Shown: positions 24,514 to 33,586, counted from the stretch's first letter. The stretch is 34,419 nucleotides of DNA from Clostridiales bacterium (GCA_015069525.1 SVIK01000001.1:1-34419), one strand, 5' to 3'. Notes: generated from the sequence alone by a model not told the origin. Numbers and translations are program-made.

Positions 24514-26001
24514 ATGGCAAGAAAGAAACGTATTATTTCCTGTGCATTAACGGGCGTACTTGCACTTTCGTCGGTAGGGGCGCTCGCTGGGTGCGACGCT
24601 TTGACGGGTGAAAACGTTATTTGGATAGCGTTTGCTGAAACTGGGTATGGCCGTGGATTCTTGGAACAATGGTGCAAAGATTTCCAAGAAAAATATCCCG
24701 AAGAGGAATACGTCTTTGAATTGGAAGGCGAGCCTGGCATGACGGGGGAAATTCAAACGCGTTTGACGACGGATAACGAAATTCCCGACTTGTTTTTCAG
24801 TTTGGATACGAACTGGCAAGAATGGGCGGCTCGTGGATATTTGTATCCGTTGGACGATATTTACCGCAAATCGAAAGCAGACGGAGATAAATCGGTTTGG
24901 GAATTCATGAACAAAGACTTGCGTGATTATGGTGTTGTAAATGGACACTACTACGCAATTCCTTGGACGGACGGTGCAAACGGTTTTATCTATAATAAGA
25001 CGTTGTTTGACGAAAACGGCTGGGAAGTTCCTGAAACGGTAGAGGAATTGTACGAGCTTTGCGATAAAATCAACAATCTTCCTTGCAATAAAGATGCCGA
25101 CAAAGAAAATAACATTGCCGTTTTCGCTTGGTCGGGTAAATATGCAAGCTATTGGGATTTCGTAGTGGAAAACTGGTGGGCGCAATACGAAGGTGCGGAC
25201 GAATTTAGAGATTTCTTTAACTTTGGAGCCCCGAAGAATGAAGACGGCACGTTCAAGTTTGAAAGCAATAATGCATCGCCTTCTGATTACGGTTCTCCTG
25301 AGGTGTATTTGCAAGAAGGTCGCGTAAAGGCGTTGGAAGTTTATAGAAACTTGGTTGTAAATGAAAACTCAACCTTCCCGAAAAACTCCATTTCTGGTGC
25401 GGTCGGTGCGGAATACACGGTTGCTCAGCTTGCGTTCATCAACGGAAAAGCGGCGATGATGCCTAACGGTGCATGGCTCGAACAAGAAATGGCGGAGGTT
25501 ATGCCTGACGATTTCGAAATGCGTTTGATGCGTACGCCGTATTTGGAAGAAGCGAAGAAAGATAAAGACGGTAATTATATTCCCATCAACGCGTCTTCCG
25601 CGGGGGACTTCTTCTGTATTCCCAAAAACGCTCCCAACTTGGAAGCGGCTTTGAAGTTCATGGAATACATCAACTCTCGCGAGGCGTGCGAAACGTTCAC
25701 CCGCGTGACCGGTGGTATTCGTCCTTTCCAATATATTGACGATTTGGATTTGGACAGCATGAATTTAAGTGAATTCTCTAAATCGTGCATCGAAGTATAT
25801 AGAGAAAGCACGACGGTATATCACTATTCCAGCAACCCGATTCAATGGGTGAGCACGTTTGGCAAATGGCCTGACCTTGGTAGCCCTTACGTAGGTATGA
25901 TTAGTGACCCTACGGAAAACACGCCGGCTGCGGTATGCTCGAAGAGTTGTGATTACGTGTATAGAGAATGGTGGAACTCCTACAATTTAGTTAACCAATA
26001 A
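24514..26001 (+). CDS. Carbohydrate ABC transporter substrate-binding lipoprotein
   Basis: RBS AAGGAG. Signal peptide with lipobox LAGC. About 495-aa family-1-type solute-binding protein, followed by permease genes. Confidence 0.85.
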   Translation: MARKKRIISCALTGVLALSSVGALAGCDALTGENVIWIAFAETGYGRGFLEQWCKDFQEKYPEEEYVFELEGEPGMTGEIQTRLTTDNEIPDLFFSLDTNWQEWAARGYLYPLDDIYRKSKADGDKSVWEFMNKDLRDYGVVNGHYYAIPWTDGANGFIYNKTLFDENGWEVPETVEELYELCDKINNLPCNKDADKENNIAVFAWSGKYASYWDFVVENWWAQYEGADEFRDFFNFGAPKNEDGTFKFESNNASPSDYGSPEVYLQEGRVKALEVYRNLVVNENSTFPKNSISGAVGAEYTVAQLAFINGKAAMMPNGAWLEQEMAEVMPDDFEMRLMRTPYLEEAKKDKDGNYIPINASSAGDFFCIPKNAPNLEAALKFMEYINSREACETFTRVTGGIRPFQYIDDLDLDSMNLSEFSKSCIEVYRESTTVYHYSSNPIQWVSTFGKWPDLGSPYVGMISDPTENTPAAVCSKSCDYVYREWWNSYNLVNQ

Positions 26002-26016
26002 TAAAGAGAGTTGTTT

Positions 26017-27291
26017 ATGAAAGAAAGCGTAAAAAATAAACGCCAAACCCGCGTACATATAGGGGGGTGGGTCTCTCCCAAACCTGCCCAAGAAGTGGGT
26101 GGCGAAGATTTTTGCACGGTTGCGCAATATAAATTAATGAAAGAAAGCGGTATCCGTACGGCGTACGCTATTTACGAACGTAGTGCTGTGGACGTCGACG
26201 GGAAAAACGCAAACGAACGTGCGTTGGCTTGTGCCGAAAAAGCGGGAATGCAGTTTTACGTATGGGACACAAAAGTTCGCGACCTTATGCTTGAAGGTGA
26301 TGAAACCGCTGTCAAGGAGTATTTAAAGAAATACACCAAATTTAAATCGTTCAAAGGCGTTTTGATGAAGGACGAGCCAACGAAAGAGGATTTGGTATGG
26401 TGCAAAAAAATCGTAGACGTGTGGGATAAGTATTTGCCCGACAAAGATTGTTTTATGAATCTTTTTCCCGAGCACGTGCTAAAAGAAGATTGTAAACTTG
26501 CTCAAGACGATACGTTTGAAGACGATTACCTTAATGCGTTTATGGCAATGAACGTTAAACGACTTTCGTACGATTTATATCCTTTGATGTACGACGATGA
26601 CGGTAAGCCTACGATTCAAAAACATTATCTTCATAATTTAGAGCTTTGCGCAGAGGTAGCGAAGAAGAAGGGAGTACCCCTTTGGACGTTTATTCAATCC
26701 ATGAGTTTTACTCGTTGGCATCGTCGTCCGGATGAATCGGCTTTGCGTTGGCAAATTATGAGTGGTTTTGCATACGGGGTAAAGGGGATACAGCATTTCT
26801 GCTATTGGCCCCCGACGGAAGACAAATTATTGACGGTGAACGATGCGTTCTTAAACCCGCAAGGCGAACCGACGGATATCTATTTCACGGCGCAAAAGAT
26901 ACATAAAGAGATTGAAACGTTTGAAAAAGAATTCGTGACCTATGATTATGAAGGCGTTATGCCGATTTTAGGAGATGGGGCGAAGGAAAACGCTTTTTAT
27001 GAAACGTTGAACTGTCCTTTGAAGAGCCATGCGCTTATCCGTTCCGTTTCTGCAACGCAAGATACGCTTTTAGGTGTTTTAAAAAACGAAAAAGGCAAGA
27101 ATGCCTTCTTCCTTGCGAACTTTGCCGACCCTATTTTACAGCTTTCTAGCGAAGTAAAGCTTTGCTTAAACGGGGTGGAAAAAATTAAAGTTTCGCAAAA
27201 CGGAAAAACCCGCCGTATAAAAGCAAAAGACGGAATGTTTACTTTCGTTCTTGGCGCAGGCGACGGCGCGTTTATCCAAATCATCAAGTAA
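26017..27291 (+). CDS. Uncharacterised TIM-barrel glycosidase-like protein without signal peptide (paralog 3 of 4)
   Basis: Start set at ATG 26017 (AAGAGAG upstream); the listed ORF begins at TTG 26011. Family blocks: LMKDEPT (DEP at nt 26371-26379), NLFP, LSYDLYPL, PLWTFIQS, AYGVKGIQHFCYWP, C-terminal LGAGDGAFIQIIK. Confidence 0.8.
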   Translation: MKESVKNKRQTRVHIGGWVSPKPAQEVGGEDFCTVAQYKLMKESGIRTAYAIYERSAVDVDGKNANERALACAEKAGMQFYVWDTKVRDLMLEGDETAVKEYLKKYTKFKSFKGVLMKDEPTKEDLVWCKKIVDVWDKYLPDKDCFMNLFPEHVLKEDCKLAQDDTFEDDYLNAFMAMNVKRLSYDLYPLMYDDDGKPTIQKHYLHNLELCAEVAKKKGVPLWTFIQSMSFTRWHRRPDESALRWQIMSGFAYGVKGIQHFCYWPPTEDKLLTVNDAFLNPQGEPTDIYFTAQKIHKEIETFEKEFVTYDYEGVMPILGDGAKENAFYETLNCPLKSHALIRSVSATQDTLLGVLKNEKGKNAFFLANFADPILQLSSEVKLCLNGVEKIKVSQNGKTRRIKAKDGMFTFVLGAGDGAFIQIIK

Positions 27292-27371
27292 ATTTATACG
27301 GCAAAGCCGTTTGTCCTTGGAGAGGGACGAAAAAAACTACTACGAATATTACGTTATAGGAGTTTTTGTCT

Positions 27372-28400
27372 ATGGAAAACAAGAAAATGCAGTCCGACAA
27401 ACCGGTTGGTGGCAATATTGAAGTAGATTACAAGGACTTGAAACCCTTTTTGTACGAAGAGGATAAGGTAGATTATCAACCAGTTATCCCCAAAAAGAAG
27501 AGGATGGCAACGTCGAAGAAAATTTTCATTATCACGATGTTGGCATATCCCATTTTGCACTTCCTTATCTTTTGGGTATACATTAACTTTAATACGATTC
27601 TTAAATCGTTCCAAGGTTTTTCGTATAAAACTGGCGACGAAGTTTTTGTAGGCATGAAGAATTACATAAACTTCTTTAAAGCATTTAGCTCGGAATCGGG
27701 GCAATTAAAACACGCAGTAGTCAATTCATTGCTATTCTTCGTGTTTAACAACTTTGTATTATTGCCGGTATCCATGATATTTGCTTACCTGCTTTTCAAG
27801 AAAGTGTTTATGGAAAAAGTTTTCCGTATCATATATTTCTTGCCGAATATTATCTCGGTTGTTGTATTGACGATGGTATTCAAGTTCATGTTCGATAATG
27901 AATTTGGCCCGCTGTTCAGTATAATGGAAAAGATAGGGTTGAAAATGCCTGAGAACGGCTTCTTTGGGACGGAAGGCACGGCGATGATTATGATATTCGT
28001 CTACTGTTTGTGGGCAGGTATCGGCTATAACGTACTTTTGCTTTCTGGTACGATAGCAAGAATCCCGACGGAAGTATTGGAAGCTGGTAAAATTGACGGC
28101 ATCGGGATGGTAAGAGAGTTCGTTCAAATCGTAGTTCCTCTTATTTTCTCGACGGTATCCACGTTGTTCGTGACGGGCTCCATGGTCATGTTCACACTCT
28201 TCTTGCAACCAATGTTGTTGACGAAGGGTGGACCGGATAACTCCACGTATACGCTGGCATATTACATTGTAGAACAAGTTAACAACAACCGTTTGTACGA
28301 CGCAGCGGCGGCAGGTATTATTTGTAGCGTTGTAGGTATTCCTATTATCCAAGGTATCAAGTCGATAATGGAAAAACTTACGCCCGACGTAGAATTCTAA
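27372..28400 (+). CDS. Carbohydrate ABC transporter permease (MalF/LplB-like)
   Basis: ATG 27372 lies 9 nt after AGGAG (27358-27362); the listed ORF starts at TTG 27366. Multi-TM protein with EAA loop LEAGKIDGIGMVREFVQIVVPLI. Confidence 0.85.
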   Translation: MENKKMQSDKPVGGNIEVDYKDLKPFLYEEDKVDYQPVIPKKKRMATSKKIFIITMLAYPILHFLIFWVYINFNTILKSFQGFSYKTGDEVFVGMKNYINFFKAFSSESGQLKHAVVNSLLFFVFNNFVLLPVSMIFAYLLFKKVFMEKVFRIIYFLPNIISVVVLTMVFKFMFDNEFGPLFSIMEKIGLKMPENGFFGTEGTAMIMIFVYCLWAGIGYNVLLLSGTIARIPTEVLEAGKIDGIGMVREFVQIVVPLIFSTVSTLFVTGSMVMFTLFLQPMLLTKGGPDNSTYTLAYYIVEQVNNNRLYDAAAAGIICSVVGIPIIQGIKSIMEKLTPDVEF

Positions 28401-28470
28401 TTTAGATAACACGAAAAGGGAATATGGATTTCCCAAGAATGCTTATAAATAGATTATAAGGAGAAAAAGA

Positions 28471-31400
28471 ATGAGAAAAAGCTTTATGAAAAAGTTATTT
28501 GCCACGTTGGCGGTTGCAACTTTTGCAACCGTCGGCGCAGGCGTTGCGTTTACAAATAACACGAAAGAAGCCTCAGCGGATACGGGCGTAATTTCTACGG
28601 ATTTTTCGTCTGCGACTTTGCCTACTGGCTTATCGATTACGAATTCAAGCGCTATTGTGGCTGAAAATGGGGAGCTTAAATTTAATACAGGCATTATATC
28701 AGGCGCGTCTATTGTGACGACGCAACAATACACAAACTTTGTGTTGGAATACGATTTAAACTTTACCTCTGGTGAATGGGCTCCCATTGTTTACTTTGGT
28801 AATGGCACAAGCACTGTGCATACTGAAAGTGCGTTTATTTATGTAAATGCATGGGGTGCGGTTGCAAATAGATATAACAATGCGGACAATACGATGTTTG
28901 CTGCGTTTCTTCCTGGTTCAATTAATCCGTATGCCTCTGGGGCTAAAACGCACGTGAAAGTGACGGTTCAAGCAGGGGCGGTCACGCTTACGTTGAAAGA
29001 CCTTGCGACTAATGCGGTTTATGAAAATCAAGTAGCGACTGGAATTAACAAGACAGGTGTCGTAGGTGTTCCTTCTTCGGGAAATGCGGTGTTTTCGATT
29101 GATAACCTTTCCATAACCAATTTAGATACGGCTCAAACAGTTCCTACGCCTCCTGCAACGACGGTGAAAGGTACTTCGTTGAATAATTGTGATTATTTAG
29201 GCGGTTGGTATGGTACCAATGGCACGTGCGCGCTTGATACAGAAATAAAATCGCAAGGTACAGGGTCCTTAAAGCATACGTTATCGGCAGGCAATTATTT
29301 TATCGTAATGGTAAGAGATTATTCTAATGGTGACGCAGAGTTAACGTTAGAACAGCTTTTGGCATACGACGGATTGTATTTTGAAGTATATAACCCTGGT
29401 TCTGCGGTAGATTTAAAATTCTTTAACTCCTCTACTGTTGCAACGACGTTGCAAACGGGGTGGAATCAAGTGACGATTTCTAAGGCGAATATTCAATCGG
29501 CAATTGACGCTAATGCAGAGCAATTTGTTGGAGGCGAATTCCGCTTTACTATCGGTGGCGACGCGACAATCTATCTTGACAACGTAATGGGTATCACGCC
29601 AGCTTCGTCAGGCGGGGATAGTGGTTCTACTGATAATTGGACGTTGGACACCTCTGTTTGGTCGATAACGCATACGAATGCTATTACGCAAACGACGGGA
29701 GCGCTCTCGTTTGTGACGGGCGCTGATGCTGTTACGTACGATGGCGCGGCGATTGTGACAAACTCGTCTTATACCAATTTCCAATTGGAATTTGACATGT
29801 CGGCTACCGCGTCTGGTGGTTGGCTTCCCATTGCATTTTTCGGCGCAACGGAAAGCAACATGTATTATCATAACAACTTCTTGCACATTAACGATTGGGG
29901 CGCTCTTAAGCAACTCAACATTTCAGCTGATACTGCAGACATTGTTGACTTGAACACGAGTAACGTTAGCCCGTATACCAACCGTATTCCTAATGGCGAG
30001 CAAATTCATGTAAAGCTTGTTGTAAATAACGGAAACGTCGTATTGACGCTCACGAAAGGGACGGGGACATTCTCAAAAACGTTGTATACAGGAATTAATG
30101 TGACGGGTAAAGTAGGTATTCCTGCTACGATTAATTCCAATTTCAATATTTCTAACGTGACGATTACCGATTTGGGTGAATCCGGTGGCGAGGGCGGCGG
30201 AACGACGCCGGAAACGCCCGTAGGGGAAGGCTCGACGGCGTATACGAAATTTGACGGCGCAGTTGATTCTAATTGGGCGATAACGGGCGGCACGCGTGTA
30301 AGCGTTTCCAACGGGCAACTTGTATATGCAAACAATACGGCAACGGGTGACGGCATTTATACGACGGGTAAATACACCAACTTTATTTTGGAGTATGATA
30401 TCACGCCTACCCTTATCAATCAACCTGTGGAGGACCCTCAGACTGGTTGGATTCCCGTAATTATGTTCAGCGTAGGCGATAATGCCAATATTGGTGGCGC
30501 TAACAATTTCGTCTATATGAACCAATACGGTGCAATCGTAGGGCTTAATCCTAGTGGACAAAATATCTTTACACCAGCATTAGTGGGTTCACCACATTCT
30601 GCAATTGTTAATACAACGACGCACGTTAGGGTAGAAGCGCAAGACGGTACCGTGACGGCATATTTTAAGAGAGGTAGTCAAGAGACTTCGTTTGTAATTG
30701 GCAATGGCCTTAATACGACGGGTAGAGTTGGTATTCCCGTATCGGCGGAAACTGGCTTGATTATCGATAACCTTGTAATCGTCAATTCTGACGAATATGC
30801 AGATTATCAAGTAAATAAAATCACGTTGGCAAACGATGGCCCGCAAGCAAACGCAAACGAAACGCTTACAGGCAACCTGTTGGATGAAATTAAGAGAAAA
30901 GCACAAGCAGACGGTATTGATATTACCAATAAGTCGTTTGTGTTCCGTTCTAAGACAGACGGATTCTTCCTTGATTCCAAAACGGGTGAGTGGGAATATA
31001 CGGTTGGACCTTACAACGGTTTGAAGGAACTTGAATACGTTATTACCGTTAATGACCTTGTGCTTGACGGATGGGTATATCCGCTCGGCAATAGAGGTAT
31101 GTATACGATTGAAGGAAATATTGCGGTCACCATCATTGGTGGCATGGACGACCCTAACGAAGGTGGTGAAGGTGGTGGCGCTGGCGACACGAGCGAACTT
31201 CCTGTTATTGTTGGGGATAACGTTGTAGAACACGTTCAAGGTAAAGTGCAAGACGTATCTTTCATTATCGATACGAAATCTTATAAAATTACCCGTATAA
31301 CGTATAACACGGAAAACGTTAAGGTTGCTGCTTATACTTTGGAAGAAGTAGAGGAAGGCATTAAGTTGACGTTCAAAGGCGACTTCGTGGCGCTTTTGGA

Positions 31401-32676
31401 AAAAATAGGCGATAACGAATTTAAAATTGAAACGATTAAAGGTTTTGTGGATGCTATTATTCGGGTAAAAGTTTTGGAAACGCCCGAAATCATCGATGGA
31501 AATTCCGCGGAAATGTGGAAGAATTATGAAACGGACGCTGTGTTTAATCTTAACACGTTTGAATTGCCGATTCTTTCCATCCTCCGTACAGGTGCGTCCT
31601 CGGCGCTCAATAGCGATGCATACACGTATGCAGACGGCGTTTTAACGATTAAAAAGGAATATCTTGCAACGTTGGATGCAAGTGACGACGCTTACCGTTT
31701 CAGTATTTATACGGACGGTGGTAGCGTATCCGTAAACGTGACGATTAAATTTGCCGAAGAACCTTACGTAGACCCTGAATCAGCAGAGTTCACGCTTGGT
31801 AGCGAAAACGACGTTGAATTCGAGTTGGATACGATGGGGGCGCCTATTGTGCAAATCGTTCGTGATAACGAAGAAAAGGCGCTTGGTGATAACGCTTATG
31901 CTTTCGATGCAGACGCAATGTCGTTGACGTTTAAAAAGGAATATCTTGCGGCACTTGGCGCTGGTGAATACGAATTCACGATTACGACGCCTGGTGGGGA
32001 TGCAGTTGTGACGATTACGGTACTTCCTGGCGACGGACCTACGTGTACCGACAACAAAAAGAACGCAACGTTTGGTGAAAATGCGAATGTTTCGTTTACC
32101 GTTAACACCAACGGCCAAGCGATTGTGGCTATTCAAAGAACGGGTGCTACGTATGGGCTTGGCGAGGATGCATATACCTATGAAAACGGCACGTTGACGA
32201 TTGTTGGCGACTACGTTGCATTGCTTCCTTTGGGAGAAAACGAATTCACGTTGGAAACGGCAAACGGCTCTATTAAATTCTACATTAACGTAGTAGAAGA
32301 AACGCCCGAAAATCCTGACAATCCTGACAATCCTGATAATCCCGAAGACCCCGAAGACGGTGAATACGAAGGCGGGGAATACGAGGAAGATAATAAGGAT
32401 AACCCCTTCGAGGAAGACATTACGAATCCCGATGAAGGAGAAGAACCTATTGACCCCGAAGAACCTGATGACGGAGGAAATAGCGGTAGCGGTTCGTATG
32501 AAGACGAATTCACCGGTTCTGTTAAACCTAGTGAAGATTCCTACAATAAATATCTTGAAGGACTCGAAAACGGTGGTCAAGTATCCGGCGGTTGCAACGG
32601 TTCCCTTTCTATGGTAGCAGGTTTGCCCGTAGTGGGAATTATCGCTTGGTTGATTCGGAAAAAGAAAGAGGACTAA
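28471..32676 (+). CDS. 1401-aa modular cell-surface protein: signal peptide, three ConA/DUF1080-like lectin modules, a CBM-like module, four X2-like Ig modules, an acidic stalk and a C-terminal membrane anchor
   Basis: RBS AAGGAG. Signal peptide aa 1-36 (..KEASA|DTG). Lectin-like modules at aa 37-218, 389-568 and 588-772 share YTNF.LE(Y/F)D, GW.P(I/V), F.(Y/H)(V/I/M)N..GA, H(V)(K/R)V, TG.VG(V/I)P and DNL/SNV.I. CBM-like module at aa 231-375. X2-like repeats at aa 911-1002, 1005-1094, 1100-1185 and 1192-1275. Asp/Glu/Pro-rich stalk at aa 1276-1350. C-terminus GGCNGSLSMVAGLPVVGIIAWLIRKKKED. Confidence 0.85.
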   Translation: MRKSFMKKLFATLAVATFATVGAGVAFTNNTKEASADTGVISTDFSSATLPTGLSITNSSAIVAENGELKFNTGIISGASIVTTQQYTNFVLEYDLNFTSGEWAPIVYFGNGTSTVHTESAFIYVNAWGAVANRYNNADNTMFAAFLPGSINPYASGAKTHVKVTVQAGAVTLTLKDLATNAVYENQVATGINKTGVVGVPSSGNAVFSIDNLSITNLDTAQTVPTPPATTVKGTSLNNCDYLGGWYGTNGTCALDTEIKSQGTGSLKHTLSAGNYFIVMVRDYSNGDAELTLEQLLAYDGLYFEVYNPGSAVDLKFFNSSTVATTLQTGWNQVTISKANIQSAIDANAEQFVGGEFRFTIGGDATIYLDNVMGITPASSGGDSGSTDNWTLDTSVWSITHTNAITQTTGALSFVTGADAVTYDGAAIVTNSSYTNFQLEFDMSATASGGWLPIAFFGATESNMYYHNNFLHINDWGALKQLNISADTADIVDLNTSNVSPYTNRIPNGEQIHVKLVVNNGNVVLTLTKGTGTFSKTLYTGINVTGKVGIPATINSNFNISNVTITDLGESGGEGGGTTPETPVGEGSTAYTKFDGAVDSNWAITGGTRVSVSNGQLVYANNTATGDGIYTTGKYTNFILEYDITPTLINQPVEDPQTGWIPVIMFSVGDNANIGGANNFVYMNQYGAIVGLNPSGQNIFTPALVGSPHSAIVNTTTHVRVEAQDGTVTAYFKRGSQETSFVIGNGLNTTGRVGIPVSAETGLIIDNLVIVNSDEYADYQVNKITLANDGPQANANETLTGNLLDEIKRKAQADGIDITNKSFVFRSKTDGFFLDSKTGEWEYTVGPYNGLKELEYVITVNDLVLDGWVYPLGNRGMYTIEGNIAVTIIGGMDDPNEGGEGGGAGDTSELPVIVGDNVVEHVQGKVQDVSFIIDTKSYKITRITYNTENVKVAAYTLEEVEEGIKLTFKGDFVALLEKIGDNEFKIETIKGFVDAIIRVKVLETPEIIDGNSAEMWKNYETDAVFNLNTFELPILSILRTGASSALNSDAYTYADGVLTIKKEYLATLDASDDAYRFSIYTDGGSVSVNVTIKFAEEPYVDPESAEFTLGSENDVEFELDTMGAPIVQIVRDNEEKALGDNAYAFDADAMSLTFKKEYLAALGAGEYEFTITTPGGDAVVTITVLPGDGPTCTDNKKNATFGENANVSFTVNTNGQAIVAIQRTGATYGLGEDAYTYENGTLTIVGDYVALLPLGENEFTLETANGSIKFYINVVEETPENPDNPDNPDNPEDPEDGEYEGGEYEEDNKDNPFEEDITNPDEGEEPIDPEEPDDGGNSGSGSYEDEFTGSVKPSEDSYNKYLEGLENGGQVSGGCNGSLSMVAGLPVVGIIAWLIRKKKED
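31201..32295 (+). repeat. Four tandem ~85-92-aa X2-like (Ig-fold) protein repeats inside the surface-protein gene
   Basis: nt 31201-31476, 31483-31752, 31768-32025, 32044-32295. Shared pattern: DV.F.L.T.G..I..I.R.G...L..DAYTY..G.LTI.K.YLA.L..GE.EF.I.T..G.....I.V. The divergence is at protein level only; these are not DNA-identical repeats. Confidence 0.7.
32311..32355 (+). repeat. Five in-frame 9-bp tandem units (NPD NPD NPD NPE DPE)
   Basis: AATCCTGAC, AATCCTGAC, AATCCTGAT, AATCCCGAA, GACCCCGAA, followed by a 15-bp duplication GGTGAATACGAAGGC / GGGGAATACGAGGAA (32359-32388). Confidence 0.85.
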
Positions 32677-32740
32677 TTAAACTCTCTACATTGCCGAAGA
32701 AATAGGCGATGATGAATTAAGATAAAAGGAGCAAAGCATT

Positions 32741-33586
32741 ATGAATAAGTCAAAAACGGAAAAAATTGTGCTTTGGATAACGTTCGTTATCTTTGCATTA
32801 TATGCTATCAGCTTGTTGTATCCCGTTTTTTGGTTGATAACAAACTCATTAAAGCAAACTAAGGAATTCGGTGCGGACCCGTTCGGATTCCCTAAGAGTT
32901 TCTATATGAAGAACTATGTGGACGCCTTTTCCCTTACGGTTGGCAGAACGAAGATACTCGGTATGTTTGTAAACAGCGTTATTCTCGTTGTTGGTTGTAC
33001 GCTTGTTAGCGTCTTCGTTCCTGCAATCACGGGCTACGTTGTTGCTAAGTTTGAATTCCCTGGGCGTAAGCTTTTGTACGGCGTTGCAATTTCTTCCATG
33101 TTGATTCCCGCCGTTGGTACGTTGACGGCAACCTATCAATTGATGGTAGACTTGCGTCTTTATAACAGCTACATAGGTATTATCATTATGTCAAGTGGCG
33201 GTTTCGGCTTCAACTTCGTTATGGTGTACGGTTTCTTTAAGAGCATTTCCAAAACGTATGCAGAAGCGGCGATGTTGGACGGTGCGGGGGAATACAAAAT
33301 CTTCTTTAAGGTTATGTTGCCTCAGGTCAAGCCTTCGTTGATTGCAATTGGTATTATTGCCGCAATCAACTATTGGAACGACTATTTCACGCCGTATATG
33401 TACTTGCGTCAACATCCTACGATTGCCGTTGGTTTGCAAAAGATTGTAGACAAAGTACAAGCGAACAACACGTGGCCTCAATTGTTCGCAATCATGTTGA
33501 TTTCAATTTTACCTCCCGTGGCGATTTTCATTGCGTTCCAAAAGACGATTATGGAAAACACCGTTGCTGGTGGTTTGAAAGGCTAA
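32741..33586 (+). CDS. Carbohydrate ABC transporter permease (MalG/LplC-like)
   Basis: RBS AAGGAG. Six TM segments. EAA loop AEAAMLDGAGEYKIFFKVMLPQVKPSL. Confidence 0.88.
   Translation: MNKSKTEKIVLWITFVIFALYAISLLYPVFWLITNSLKQTKEFGADPFGFPKSFYMKNYVDAFSLTVGRTKILGMFVNSVILVVGCTLVSVFVPAITGYVVAKFEFPGRKLLYGVAISSMLIPAVGTLTATYQLMVDLRLYNSYIGIIIMSSGGFGFNFVMVYGFFKSISKTYAEAAMLDGAGEYKIFFKVMLPQVKPSLIAIGIIAAINYWNDYFTPYMYLRQHPTIAVGLQKIVDKVQANNTWPQLFAIMLISILPPVAIFIAFQKTIMENTVAGGLKG

Noticed and set aside
24547-25314. 255-aa minus-strand ORF inside the binding-protein gene.
   Set aside because: Same reasoning. The sense frame encodes a canonical lipoprotein solute-binding protein.
27759-28436. 225-aa minus-strand ORF inside permease 1.
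   Set aside because: It is antisense to a membrane permease with an EAA loop, and its translation is Arg/Tyr/His-rich with no features.
30589-32580. Several long minus-strand ORFs (30589-31251, 31780-32580 and smaller ones) inside the surface-protein gene.
   Set aside because: They are antisense shadows of a 4.2-kb gene with a strongly periodic codon pattern. The translations are junk-like (Arg/Phe/Val-rich) with no starts backed by an RBS.
28471-32676. The idea that the repeated lectin-like modules reflect a diversity-generating retroelement or a phase-variable cassette system.
   Set aside because: There is no reverse transcriptase, template repeat, invertase or inverted repeats nearby. 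The modules are only distantly similar at DNA level, consistent with ancient duplication.
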